Virus record (IMG/VR): IMGVR_UViG_3300037156_000068
Location: 1 to 63,314 of that record
Direction: 5' to 3' (one strand)
Origin: a virus
Taxonomy: Duplodnaviria; Caudoviricetes
Length of the DNA: 63,314 nt
Shown one piece after another: positions 8,990-17,479 of the stretch. Position 1 is the first letter of the stretch; every line of letters begins with the position of its first letter. Under the pieces are notes generated by a model. That model saw only the letters and a program-made list of their open reading frames with translations. It did not search any database and was not told the origin of the DNA. A program made the translations under genes and the position numbers.

Positions 8990-9722
8990 GCGAGTGCTGG
9001 TGATTGACTGTGAGACAAAGCCAAGTGTTGTTTACGCGTTCAATGCCTATGATGTTAATGTCCAACCCGAGCAAGTAATAAAGTCTGGTGGTATCATCTG
9101 TTTCGCAGCCCAATGGGTTGGTGAAAAAGAGATCATGTTCTACTCTGACTGGGATGATGGTCACTACGGTATGCTTAGAGCAGCCCATAAGCTGTTATCT
9201 GAAGCTGATGCGGTCGTGGGCTACAATTCGATGAAGTTCGACATACCTAAGTTCCGCGGGGAGTTCATCCTAGCGGGCCTTGAGGATATTCCCCCTCTGA
9301 CCCAGATCGATGTGTATAAGACAGTCAAACAGTTCGGACTATATATCAACAAACTAGCCTTCATCGGTCCCCTATTTGAACTCGGCGCTAAGATTAAGCA
9401 CGAGGGGTTTTCTCTCTGGCGCGGTGTTATGGAGGGGGATGCGAAATGCCAGAAGCGCATGAAAAAGTATTGTATTGGTGACGTCAAACTCACTACACGT
9501 CTTTATCTGCATGTGAAAGGCTTCATCCGTAATCATCCTCATCTCGGAGACGACAGGTCAGAGTGTGGAAATTGTGGCAGTAAGCACACCCAGCATCGAG
9601 GATTTAGTCGGACTAAGTATTTTAAGACACAGAGGCTGCAATGTGTCCAGTGCGGCAGTTGGAGTACGGGTGCCCGGACTGCCATCAAGAAAGAAGTCGG
9701 TGACGGCATTGTTGACCACTAG
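8982..9722 (+). CDS. DEDD 3'-5' exonuclease (RNase H superfamily) with C-terminal Zn ribbon
   Basis: IDCET, GYNSMKFD, YCIGDV; CGNCG...CVQCG. Confidence 0.85.
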   Translation: MSKRVLVIDCETKPSVVYAFNAYDVNVQPEQVIKSGGIICFAAQWVGEKEIMFYSDWDDGHYGMLRAAHKLLSEADAVVGYNSMKFDIPKFRGEFILAGLEDIPPLTQIDVYKTVKQFGLYINKLAFIGPLFELGAKIKHEGFSLWRGVMEGDAKCQKRMKKYCIGDVKLTTRLYLHVKGFIRNHPHLGDDRSECGNCGSKHTQHRGFSRTKYFKTQRLQCVQCGSWSTGARTAIKKEVGDGIVDH

Positions 9723-9880
9723 TGAGATGGAACGCCTCCGGGAGAACTTTGATGTGTACGATTTGGTGGAGATGCTCAACCTATCAGTCAACGATCTAAT
9801 CGATGCTTTTGATTATTTAATTGAAGAAAATGAGGAAATCCTTGACCGCATCGCCGGTTAGAGCGAGAAGGGCGAATACT

Positions 9881-10174
9881 ATGAGCGAATTGCAGGATAA
9901 GGCGGAAGCCTGGGCAGAAACTTTGATGGGGGAGTATGGGAGGGTGTTAGCCCCAAGTAAGTTCTCCGCCCTAAGTACTCAGGTCGGTGGGTCACATTAT
10001 AAGAATAACATCATCCAACCTGTCGAATACATTATGGCCAATAAGCTCACCTATCTTGAGGGTAATGTGGTCAAACGAATTACTCGTTGGCGTAACAAGA
10101 ATGGTCTTGAGGACTTGCTGAAGATCAAACATGAAATCGATTTGATCATCGAATTAGAAGGTCTTCGTGTTTAA
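9881..10174 (+). CDS. DUF3310 / T7 gp1.7-like nucleotide kinase domain protein
   Basis: QVGGSHYK, EGNVVK, KNGLEDLLK. Confidence 0.8.
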   Translation: MSELQDKAEAWAETLMGEYGRVLAPSKFSALSTQVGGSHYKNNIIQPVEYIMANKLTYLEGNVVKRITRWRNKNGLEDLLKIKHEIDLIIELEGLRV

Positions 10175-10451
10175 TTTTGAAAAGCCTGATCTCTTTAATG
10201 CGACCATCGAATTCGTAGGAGCCTTATTTCAAGTTATGAATGTTAGGGCCCTTCTACGCGACAGGCAAATCCAGGGAGTCTCATGGGTGCCTACACTATT
10301 CTTTTGGTCATGGGGTATTTGGAACCTCTATTTCTATAGTCATCTACAACAGTGGGCTAGCCTCATCGGTGGGATTGCCCTAACTTCAGTTAATTTAATT
10401 TGGTTGGTGATGGCTTTGATGTTACTTTATGGTAAGGAAACTGCAAATTGA
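10167..10451 (+). CDS. PQ-loop/SemiSWEET-like three-helix membrane protein
   Basis: three hydrophobic segments with RDRQIQGVSW loop and WNLYFY. Confidence 0.55.
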   Translation: MFNFEKPDLFNATIEFVGALFQVMNVRALLRDRQIQGVSWVPTLFFWSWGIWNLYFYSHLQQWASLIGGIALTSVNLIWLVMALMLLYGKETAN

Positions 10452-10618
10452 TTACGATGTGCGACCCTCCCGAGGGATGGCGGTATGGCTTCCCAAAACC
10501 TCTTGATGAAAGTACGACTTTTCGTAAATTCCTTTTAAATAACGGCTATCCCAGGGACATGCTTGAGCTTGCAGAAAAATATAGTAGGTATTGGCAGACG
10601 GACGATAGCCCCGGGTAA
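10448..10618 (+). CDS. small phage protein (below ORF-track cutoff)
   Basis: TTG start with aagga SD; CDPPEGWRYGFPKP...NNGYP. Confidence 0.55.
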   Translation: MITMCDPPEGWRYGFPKPLDESTTFRKFLLNNGYPRDMLELAEKYSRYWQTDDSPG

Positions 10619-10631
10619 TTAGGCCAAGCGA

Positions 10632-10820
10632 ATGACTGGTTTGAATAAATATGATTCCAAACAACGACGTCTTCAGCGACGGAGAAATCATATCGCAAGA
10701 GACCTAGCATCTAATAAATACCGTCAGCGAGTGTTACCGGATCGCAGGCGTAGGCAGATTGACGAAGATGACGATGGCGTCTTTTTCGAGCAGATAAGGT
10801 ATGATGAGGAATATGAGTAA
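10632..10820 (+). CDS. small basic/acidic hypothetical protein
   Basis: RNHIARDL..NKYRQRV. Confidence 0.55.
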   Translation: MTGLNKYDSKQRRLQRRRNHIARDLASNKYRQRVLPDRRRRQIDEDDDGVFFEQIRYDEEYE

Positions 10821-10963
10821 CGAATACACTGATACAAAACTACTACTCCTTGCGGAGGCCAAGGCACTTCTAATTCAATTATTTATCCGGGGAGATTTCG
10901 TACCTGGCGATATTACTGAAATTCAGACTCAAGGTCTGGTAAATCGAATTAATAAGCTTCTAT

Positions 10964-11956
10964 ATGAATAATTTACCCAGTATTCTGATGCCTAGTGTAG
11001 GCTACCGCCCTTTCCGATATCCGTGGGCCTACGACAAGTACAAGCTCCAGCAGCGCATCCATTGGCTCCCCGAAGAGGTGCCTCTAGCGGAAGATGTGAA
11101 AGATTGGGCAATCAAGCTCAACGACCAGGAGCGAAGCCTCCTTACTCACATCTTTCGTTTCTTTGTCCAGTCGGATATTGAAGTGCAAGATAACTATATG
11201 ACTAGGCTCGGACAATTATCTTTTCCGACTGAAATTAAGATGATGCTTTCCAGCTTTGCAAATATGGAATCTGTGCATATTGATGCGTACAGTCAGCTTA
11301 TTGATACGGTTGGTATGCCCGATGTTATGTATAGTCAGTTCATGGAGTACGACGAATTAAAAGCCAAGCACGAGACATACCAGAACTTCACTGTAGACAG
11401 TGCGGAAAATATTGCAAAGACCTTGGCTATGTTCGGTGGATTCGCGGAAGGCGTCCAGCTTTTTGCATCCTTTGCAGTCCTAATGAACTTCCCGCGTCGA
11501 AATCTCATGAAAGGAATGGGTCAAATTGTTAGTTGGTCTGTTAGGGATGAGTCTCTTCACTGCGATGGTATTACTGATCTGTTTAATACATTCGTACACG
11601 AGACAGGATGCCTTACAAAAGGACTTAAAGGCGAAATCTACGATATTGCAGAATTGGTCGTTCAGCAAGAGGACAAGTTTGTTGATCTTGCGTTCGAAGG
11701 TGGAGCTGTTGAGGGACTCACTCCAGAAGAACTCAAACATTACATACGATACATATGTGATTTTAGACTGCGTAATCTCGGACTTAAGTCAATCTTTAAA
11801 ACTGGTAGAAAACATCCACTCCCCTGGTTAACTCCGCTGCTCTCTGGGCCCGAACATAGTAATTTTTTCGAGACTCGTGCGACTGAGTATAGTAAGGCCG
11901 CGACCATGGGGAGCTGGGATGATGTGTGGAAAGGTTTAGATGACAATAAAAATTGA
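10964..11956 (+). CDS. nrdB: ribonucleotide reductase class Ia beta subunit
   Basis: WLPEEV, ESVHIDAY (radical Tyr), EGVQLFASF, RDESLH, NFFETRATEY. Confidence 0.97.
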   Translation: MNNLPSILMPSVGYRPFRYPWAYDKYKLQQRIHWLPEEVPLAEDVKDWAIKLNDQERSLLTHIFRFFVQSDIEVQDNYMTRLGQLSFPTEIKMMLSSFANMESVHIDAYSQLIDTVGMPDVMYSQFMEYDELKAKHETYQNFTVDSAENIAKTLAMFGGFAEGVQLFASFAVLMNFPRRNLMKGMGQIVSWSVRDESLHCDGITDLFNTFVHETGCLTKGLKGEIYDIAELVVQQEDKFVDLAFEGGAVEGLTPEELKHYIRYICDFRLRNLGLKSIFKTGRKHPLPWLTPLLSGPEHSNFFETRATEYSKAATMGSWDDVWKGLDDNKN

Positions 11957-12128
11957 AGTATACCCCGTTCGTGAGCGAGGCGGCCAATACGTATCCCCAG
12001 AACCTACGTGGGTAAAAGTTACAGATGACGAGAGTGGCCTAATGGCGGCCTGCTGTAGCGAAAGGTCTCAGTTTAAAAATAGAGAAATAGCTTTTAGTAT
12101 GATTGAGTGGGGTAAAATTGTTAACTAA
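11940..12128 (+). CDS. mini peptide-chain-release-factor (GGQ) domain protein
   Basis: RGGQYV...WVKVT..ESGL.A.C.SERSQFKNREIA matches class I RF domain 3. Confidence 0.75.
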   Translation: MTIKIEVYPVRERGGQYVSPEPTWVKVTDDESGLMAACCSERSQFKNREIAFSMIEWGKIVN

Positions 12129-13803
12129 CTTCGGTATTGCGACGCTTAAGGACAGGTATCTATGGGGCGATGAGAAAGAGCCGGATGACATCTTTGATCG
12201 TGTGGCGCAGGCATATGCTTCTGATGAGGGCCATCGAGAACGGATACGATCCTATCTTGACAAGCTTTGGTTCATGCCCAGCACACCGATCCTCAGTAAC
12301 GGTGGCACAGACCGAGGCCTGCCGATCAGCTGCTTTTTGAACTCTGTAGAAGATTCGATGGAGGGTATCAAGGATGCGTGGAACGAGAACATTGAGCTAT
12401 CTAAACAAGGTGGCGGGCTTGGAACTTATTGGGGCGGAGTTCGCTCTATTGGAGAGGCGGTTGGAAGTTCGGGGAGTACTTCAGGCATTATCCCGTTCCT
12501 CAAGGTGCAGGATAGCCTTAGCCTTGCAATCTCTCAGGGAAGCCTTAGACGAGGAAGTGCGGCAGTCTACTTAGACATCTATCACCCAGAAATTGAAGAG
12601 TTTATTTCAATACGCAGGCCCTCTGGCGATGCGAACCGCCGTTCCCTTAATATTCACCATGGCATTAATATCACTGATAACTTTATGGAGGCCGTTAAAG
12701 CTGGGACTAAGTTTAATCTCGTTAGCCCCAAGACCGGTAAGACAATTAAAAAGGTTGTGGCCCGAGAGTTATGGGCACGTATTCTAGAGACTAGGTTAGA
12801 GACTGGTGAGCCTTATCTCAATTTCATTGATACTGTTAATCGGGCACTTCCACAGGCTCAGAAGGATTTAGGTCTACGTGTACGACAATCTAATCTATGC
12901 ACCGAGATTACTCTTCCCACGGATAAAGATCGTACTGCTGTTTGCTGCTTGGGCAGTCTTAACCTGGCAAAATGGGATGAATTTCAATCCCCATTGGATC
13001 AAGTTGTCTCTGATTGTTGTGAGTTCCTCGATAATGTTCTGGATGATTTTGAACATCGTACAACTGTACCGAGAGCTAGATATTCTGTAGGGCAGGAACG
13101 AGCTATCGGACTTGGTGTGATGGGGTTGCACACATTCTTTCAACAGAACGATATCCCCTTCGAATCTGTAATGGCAAAGGTATGGAATGCAAGAATCTTC
13201 AAGACGATTAAAAAAGCGGCTGATCTGGCTTCTATTCAACTTGCAAACGAAAGGGGAAGTTGCCCAGATGTTCCAGGTGAAAGGTTCTCACACAAGTTGG
13301 CAGTGGCTCCGACGGCAAACATCTCGGTTATCTGTGGAGGAGTTAGTGCAGGTATTGAGCCGATCCCGGCGAATGTCTACACGCATAAAACGTTATCGGG
13401 ATCATTTATCGTTAGGAATTCAGAACTTGAACGACTTATTGGATCAGATGAAGAACTCTGGGAAGACATCCTCAAACGAGACGGATCAGTCCAGCATCTT
13501 GATCAGCTAACAAAGCACCAGAAGGATGTATTCAAGACTGCTTTTGAAATCAACCAACGATGGGTGGTGGAACTTTCAAATGACAGAGCACCGTATCTCT
13601 GCCAAGCTCAGTCAGTTAATCTGTTCCTTCCTGCCGATATTGATAAACAACTCCTGAATGACTTGCATTGGACGGCCTGGGAAGGTGGGTCAAAATCATT
13701 GTATTATGTGAGAAGTCGCTCCATGCAAAGGGCTACGAACACAGTTGCGGATGGATACTTAGCACCTAAACTTGAACCAGAGGAGTGTTTAGTTTGTCAA
13801 TAA
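12103..13803 (+). CDS. nrdA: ribonucleotide reductase class Ia alpha subunit (short, no ATP cone); true start possibly TTG 12118
   Basis: PISCF, SNLCTEI, VCCLGS, APTAN, SLYY, C-terminal CLVC. Confidence 0.97.
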   Translation: MSGVKLLTNFGIATLKDRYLWGDEKEPDDIFDRVAQAYASDEGHRERIRSYLDKLWFMPSTPILSNGGTDRGLPISCFLNSVEDSMEGIKDAWNENIELSKQGGGLGTYWGGVRSIGEAVGSSGSTSGIIPFLKVQDSLSLAISQGSLRRGSAAVYLDIYHPEIEEFISIRRPSGDANRRSLNIHHGINITDNFMEAVKAGTKFNLVSPKTGKTIKKVVARELWARILETRLETGEPYLNFIDTVNRALPQAQKDLGLRVRQSNLCTEITLPTDKDRTAVCCLGSLNLAKWDEFQSPLDQVVSDCCEFLDNVLDDFEHRTTVPRARYSVGQERAIGLGVMGLHTFFQQNDIPFESVMAKVWNARIFKTIKKAADLASIQLANERGSCPDVPGERFSHKLAVAPTANISVICGGVSAGIEPIPANVYTHKTLSGSFIVRNSELERLIGSDEELWEDILKRDGSVQHLDQLTKHQKDVFKTAFEINQRWVVELSNDRAPYLCQAQSVNLFLPADIDKQLLNDLHWTAWEGGSKSLYYVRSRSMQRATNTVADGYLAPKLEPEECLVCQ

Positions 13804-13976
13804 TTGAACGGGAGGAGCTGGCAGACCGCCTGGAATTACAGTGGAAAGATCGACACCCGGCATTCATGAAAATTCCAGACATGATTAGAAAAGGTTCATC
13901 GGAAGGTGAGCGACTATTAGCCTACCAAAGAGCATGTGAACTCGAAATAGCTGAGCTACGTGAACTACTAGTATAA
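13785..13976 (+). CDS. hypothetical protein
   Basis: last ORF before the convergent terminator; start uncertain. Confidence 0.4.
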   Translation: MFSLSIIEREELADRLELQWKDRHPAFMKIPDMIRKGSSEGERLLAYQRACELEIAELRELLV

Positions 13977-14014
13977 ATGCGTCGCGGAGTATTACCGGGC
14001 GCTCTAGACAAACT

Positions 14015-14054
14015 AAAGGCCCGCCAGGAGTAGCATCCCAGCGGGCCTTCTTTT
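14015..14054. terminator. intrinsic terminator where the two genome arms converge (probably bidirectional)
   Basis: aaggcccgc...gcgggcctt stem, then cttttg on +; A-run on the left. Confidence 0.75.
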
Positions 14055-14074
14055 GTAGCAAATCTGCTACGCTT

Positions 14075-14446
14075 TTATTTAGTAAGACTGGCCCTAAACG
14101 CCACAACCTGAGCATCCACCGCAGCCTTCAGCGCATTAGCGGCAGTAACGATGGCCGCATCAATAGCCGGAGTTACAACACCAGCTACAGGCCCCACAGC
14201 ACTCGCTAGAAGCCCATTAACTGTAGTCTCAACGGTAAGGGTCGCCGGACCAATAAGACCGCCCAGAAGGGTGTCTGCGGCCCCAATGGCATTGCTCGCA
14301 GCCTGCTTAAGGTCTGTAAGGATTGCAGCCTCAGCCTGAGTGGCCACTGTGCTGCCGCTAAAGGCCTTGGTAACATCCGCCTCAATACGAGTAACGGCAG
14401 TTTGCCATGTAGTTTTGCCGGTCCAGGCGTCTGATAGAATAGACAT
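14075..14446 (-). CDS. Ala-rich hypothetical protein (lysis-region position)
   Basis: ORF coupled to the upstream holin-like gene. Confidence 0.6.
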   Translation of the reverse strand: MSILSDAWTGKTTWQTAVTRIEADVTKAFSGSTVATQAEAAILTDLKQAASNAIGAADTLLGGLIGPATLTVETTVNGLLASAVGPVAGVVTPAIDAAIVTAANALKAAVDAQVVAFRASLTK

Positions 14447-14709
14447 TAGTTTGTATCTCCTTGTTCAGTTTGGGTTGTGCTAACTTTGGCCTTCTCATTC
14501 ATGAAGGACCAGATCAAACCAACCAAGATTAATCCCCCATTAACGCCCCAATTAACAAAGGCCTGCTCCGCAGTATTTGATGGAAGCACGCCCTTTGCAA
14601 GCATGTAAGTCCCAGCAGCCACCATAAGGTGCCTGAGTTGCCCCGAGATGAGCCAACGAATTACAGCAGGTGTGGTATTAGCGATGTCCTGAATTGGGTC
14701 ATCAGTCAT
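14446..14709 (-). CDS. putative holin (2 TM)
   Basis: LRHLMVAAGTYMLAKG...LILVGLIWSF, charged C-tail. Confidence 0.6.
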   Translation of the reverse strand: MTDDPIQDIANTTPAVIRWLISGQLRHLMVAAGTYMLAKGVLPSNTAEQAFVNWGVNGGLILVGLIWSFMNEKAKVSTTQTEQGDTN

Positions 14710-14721
14710 TATATCTTCCTT

Positions 14722-15003
14722 TTAAGTGTTGCACGTATCATCATGAGCCGGTATTCTCTGGCGTTGTCTGCCTCTAAGACCCTCGGCTAGGTCTTTGATG
14801 GTCTCACGGAAGCCACGCATTTCAGTTCTAAGTTCAATTACCAGTTCACGCATAGCACTACTAGCCTTAGCATCCTCTTTTAGTGTTTTCACTTGCTGAG
14901 AGATACCTGAGGCCCACCAGATGGCAACGCCTAGTTGTACCATCATAGCGAAGCCTAGGGCGACTGCGGCGACTGTACCCTGATCAAGGGACCAACCGTT
15001 CAT
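14722..15003 (-). CDS. single-TM coiled-coil membrane protein (holin-associated type)
   Basis: N-terminal TM ending AIWWAS, then coiled coil. Confidence 0.55.
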   Translation of the reverse strand: MNGWSLDQGTVAAVALGFAMMVQLGVAIWWASGISQQVKTLKEDAKASSAMRELVIELRTEMRGFRETIKDLAEGLRGRQRQRIPAHDDTCNT

Positions 15004-15009
15004 GATATT

Positions 15010-16197
15010 TTAAAAACCATTTGAATCTATCCAGTTCTTAACCCAGGTGGCAATGCCGGTGTAGCCATTGGTAAAATTTGGGTTGGCCGCACTCGTAGCG
15101 TTCTGTCCTGGGTGGATCACATCAACTGCCGTGAAAGCAGAACTACTGATATGGGTTACTGCCGTGGTCGAGGCATAGCCCCGAGTGCAGGTGTACGACC
15201 CGCTGGAGCCACCGGAAATGAATACCTTCTCGGAGCCCACCGTCACGACGTTGCCGTTAGCTAGGGCTGCGGTCGTCGTAAACGCGCAGGTGCTTGTGTC
15301 TGCTATCGCACCGGTCGTGCCGCTAAGGTCCCCAGCGCGCAGAGAATAAGGCGGAACATCGTGGCCGTGGTCGATGACGTCAGCAGCGTTAGAGGGGTCG
15401 TAGGCATTTATTAGGTTGGTCCGGATATCAATCACGTGGGAGCCGTAGGCAGAGATGAGCGCGGTGTTCAGGGCAATGATCGAGTTGTAGTCCGCCTGCC
15501 CTGACCATTGAGTTGTCTCGGCGTCATTAAGCAGCGTCATGACCATCCAGCAGGTCGTGTAGCTTTGGGCCGTCGCTACCGATGCTGCGATATCCGCCAG
15601 AACTTGGGTGGGCGCGGTGAGGCCATTGTTGATCCCCTCCTCGATGACGATGCAGCCGTTGAGCTGGGTCCGCGTGACGGGGGTCCAATTAGTTCCGGCC
15701 GAGACAGAAATGGGCGAAGCGGGGAAGTTGATCGGCGTGAAAAGGTAGAGATGGGTTCCAGGGTCGATACAATAGCCCAGGTAGGGCGTGCCCGAGAGAA
15801 CGACTTGAAGAATGATGCCGGGGGCAAATGCGCGATAACAGGGATCGTAGAACGCCGGAAAGTGGACAGCGACTTGGCCGCTCGTCGGAAGGGTGAACCC
15901 GACATCGAACGTTTGCTGAGTCTGGCCAGGATAGGCGTTCATCCGCACGGCGATCTGGCCAGAACCCTGGCCGCCGATGCCGTTGTTGTTGACGATGAAC
16001 GTGGGTTTCTGGCCCAACAATTGTCCTGGCCAAGTGACGCCGCTGGCGTCTTGATTTCCCGCAGTGATGCTATCGCCGAAACCCGAGACTTGGCCTTGGG
16101 ACAGACCCGCTCCAAGCGAGATGCTCTGTGCGTAAGCGCCAAAGCTAACCGCCCAACTAAGAACAAGACATAGAAGGAATCTAGCGATCACGGTCAT
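15010..16197 (-). CDS. SGNH/GDSL esterase with predicted signal peptide
   Basis: GDSITAG, GIGGQGS, EGINN, DVIHP; N-terminus MTVIARFLLCLVLSWAVSFGAYA|Q (ATG at 16197). Confidence 0.8.
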   Translation of the reverse strand: MTVIARFLLCLVLSWAVSFGAYAQSISLGAGLSQGQVSGFGDSITAGNQDASGVTWPGQLLGQKPTFIVNNNGIGGQGSGQIAVRMNAYPGQTQQTFDVGFTLPTSGQVAVHFPAFYDPCYRAFAPGIILQVVLSGTPYLGYCIDPGTHLYLFTPINFPASPISVSAGTNWTPVTRTQLNGCIVIEEGINNGLTAPTQVLADIAASVATAQSYTTCWMVMTLLNDAETTQWSGQADYNSIIALNTALISAYGSHVIDIRTNLINAYDPSNAADVIDHGHDVPPYSLRAGDLSGTTGAIADTSTCAFTTTAALANGNVVTVGSEKVFISGGSSGSYTCTRGYASTTAVTHISSSAFTAVDVIHPGQNATSAANPNFTNGYTGIATWVKNWIDSNGF

Positions 16198-16201
16198 ATC
16201 C

Positions 16202-16969
16202 CTAGTGCTGGAAGCAATGATAGTCGATCTTTTCACCCGTCGTCGCCGTCTGGGTAATCGTGATCGCGGTGGTGGAAATGGTATAGGCGAACGCCAGGAG
16301 CTGGGTTTGCGGCGTGACGGTACAGAATGGGGCATTAGTCTTCGTGCTGGCGAAAGTGATGACTAGAGAGGTTCCCGATGTGCCAGTGGTCGCCTCGCCT
16401 GCCGTGTCTGTCGAGCCTGAAGCGATAGTGGGCGTACCCGTGCCGGTTACGGTGGGGATGGCCCCTAAGGCAAAGACGCCTAGAGGAGCGGCACGAAGCG
16501 CTTCGGTCGCGGTCCCCGAAACATCCACGATTAACGAAACATCTCCGGCCGCGTCCGCACCAATCCCTGCTTTCGCGTCCGCACGATTGGGGGAAAAGGT
16601 GGGTAATGTTGCCGTTGCCCCCTGCCCCTGTAGGCGGAAACTCGTTGCAGTGGAGGAAAGCAGATCGACATATACGATCGTCCCAAACGTGCCCCATTGC
16701 TGCACCCGCGTCCCGCTCGCGATCATGACAGGATTGCCGAGTGCCGCACTGCCGATGCCTGTGGTGGCATCTCCTTTATCCGGATTGATTGTTGGAACCG
16801 TTGCCGACGCGGCTACATTGGACAGGGAGAAGCTATCCGCCGCAGACCCGGTGATGGTGCCCACTGCACAGATGATGCCAGGAGCACAACCCCCGCCAGC
16901 GTTGATCGTTTGGGCTTCAGCCGCACCGGCAAAGGCAAGGAGAGTTAGGACGCTTGCGAAGACTCTCAT
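16202..16969 (-). CDS. tail-fibre-like Thr/Gly-rich protein with predicted signal peptide
   Basis: MRVFASVLTLLAFAGAAEA|Q; C-terminal ITFAS...PFCTVT...IDYHC fibre-tip-like pattern. Confidence 0.65.
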   Translation of the reverse strand: MRVFASVLTLLAFAGAAEAQTINAGGGCAPGIICAVGTITGSAADSFSLSNVAASATVPTINPDKGDATTGIGSAALGNPVMIASGTRVQQWGTFGTIVYVDLLSSTATSFRLQGQGATATLPTFSPNRADAKAGIGADAAGDVSLIVDVSGTATEALRAAPLGVFALGAIPTVTGTGTPTIASGSTDTAGEATTGTSGTSLVITFASTKTNAPFCTVTPQTQLLAFAYTISTTAITITQTATTGEKIDYHCFQH

Positions 16970-17445
16970 TGGTAGACCGCCGAAAAGGCGTGGCCTGTGG
17001 TGGGAGCCGTGATGGTGATTGCGTCCGTAACGACAATGCTACCGCTGGCGCAACTGAACGTGCCGCCTGCTAGAAGATTGAACACCGTCGTTGCACCTAC
17101 CCTGACATTTAACGCTTCAACGGCAGTCGTCGGGTTCTGGATCAGGCACCCCTTGCGTATAGAGCTAGCAGCGATGGCCGTTTGATATGTGCCACCAAGG
17201 GTAACGGTGCCGGACGCATCCGTTGATGTGGCTCCGCTAGGCCTAGTGACTACAGGAATATTCCCACTTGAATCTGGTGCGACACAGTGCAGTGGCGAGT
17301 TAGGATCGCACACACCAACATCCTGGGCAATCACAGGATATGGTGCAGCATGAGCCAACGGGGACAGAGCCAAGATGCACAGAAATGCCCCTAGGCTAAC
17401 GAGCTTAGGCCGATAGGCCGCGCTTCTTGAAAGCTTATTGTGCAT
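16966..17445 (-). CDS. beta-sandwich virion-type protein with predicted signal peptide
   Basis: gggaga SD; ...LGAFLCILALSPLAHA|AP; RKGCLIQNP. Confidence 0.65.
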   Translation of the reverse strand: MHNKLSRSAAYRPKLVSLGAFLCILALSPLAHAAPYPVIAQDVGVCDPNSPLHCVAPDSSGNIPVVTRPSGATSTDASGTVTLGGTYQTAIAASSIRKGCLIQNPTTAVEALNVRVGATTVFNLLAGGTFSCASGSIVVTDAITITAPTTGHAFSAVYQ

Positions 17446-17479
17446 CAAATTTTCTCCCAAGGTTAATTTATTAATCATC

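Noticed and set aside
16198-16335. Arg-rich N-terminal extension of the SGNH ORF shown in the track
   Set aside because: It overlaps the upstream gene in another frame; ATG 16197 just after the upstream stop gives a clean signal peptide.
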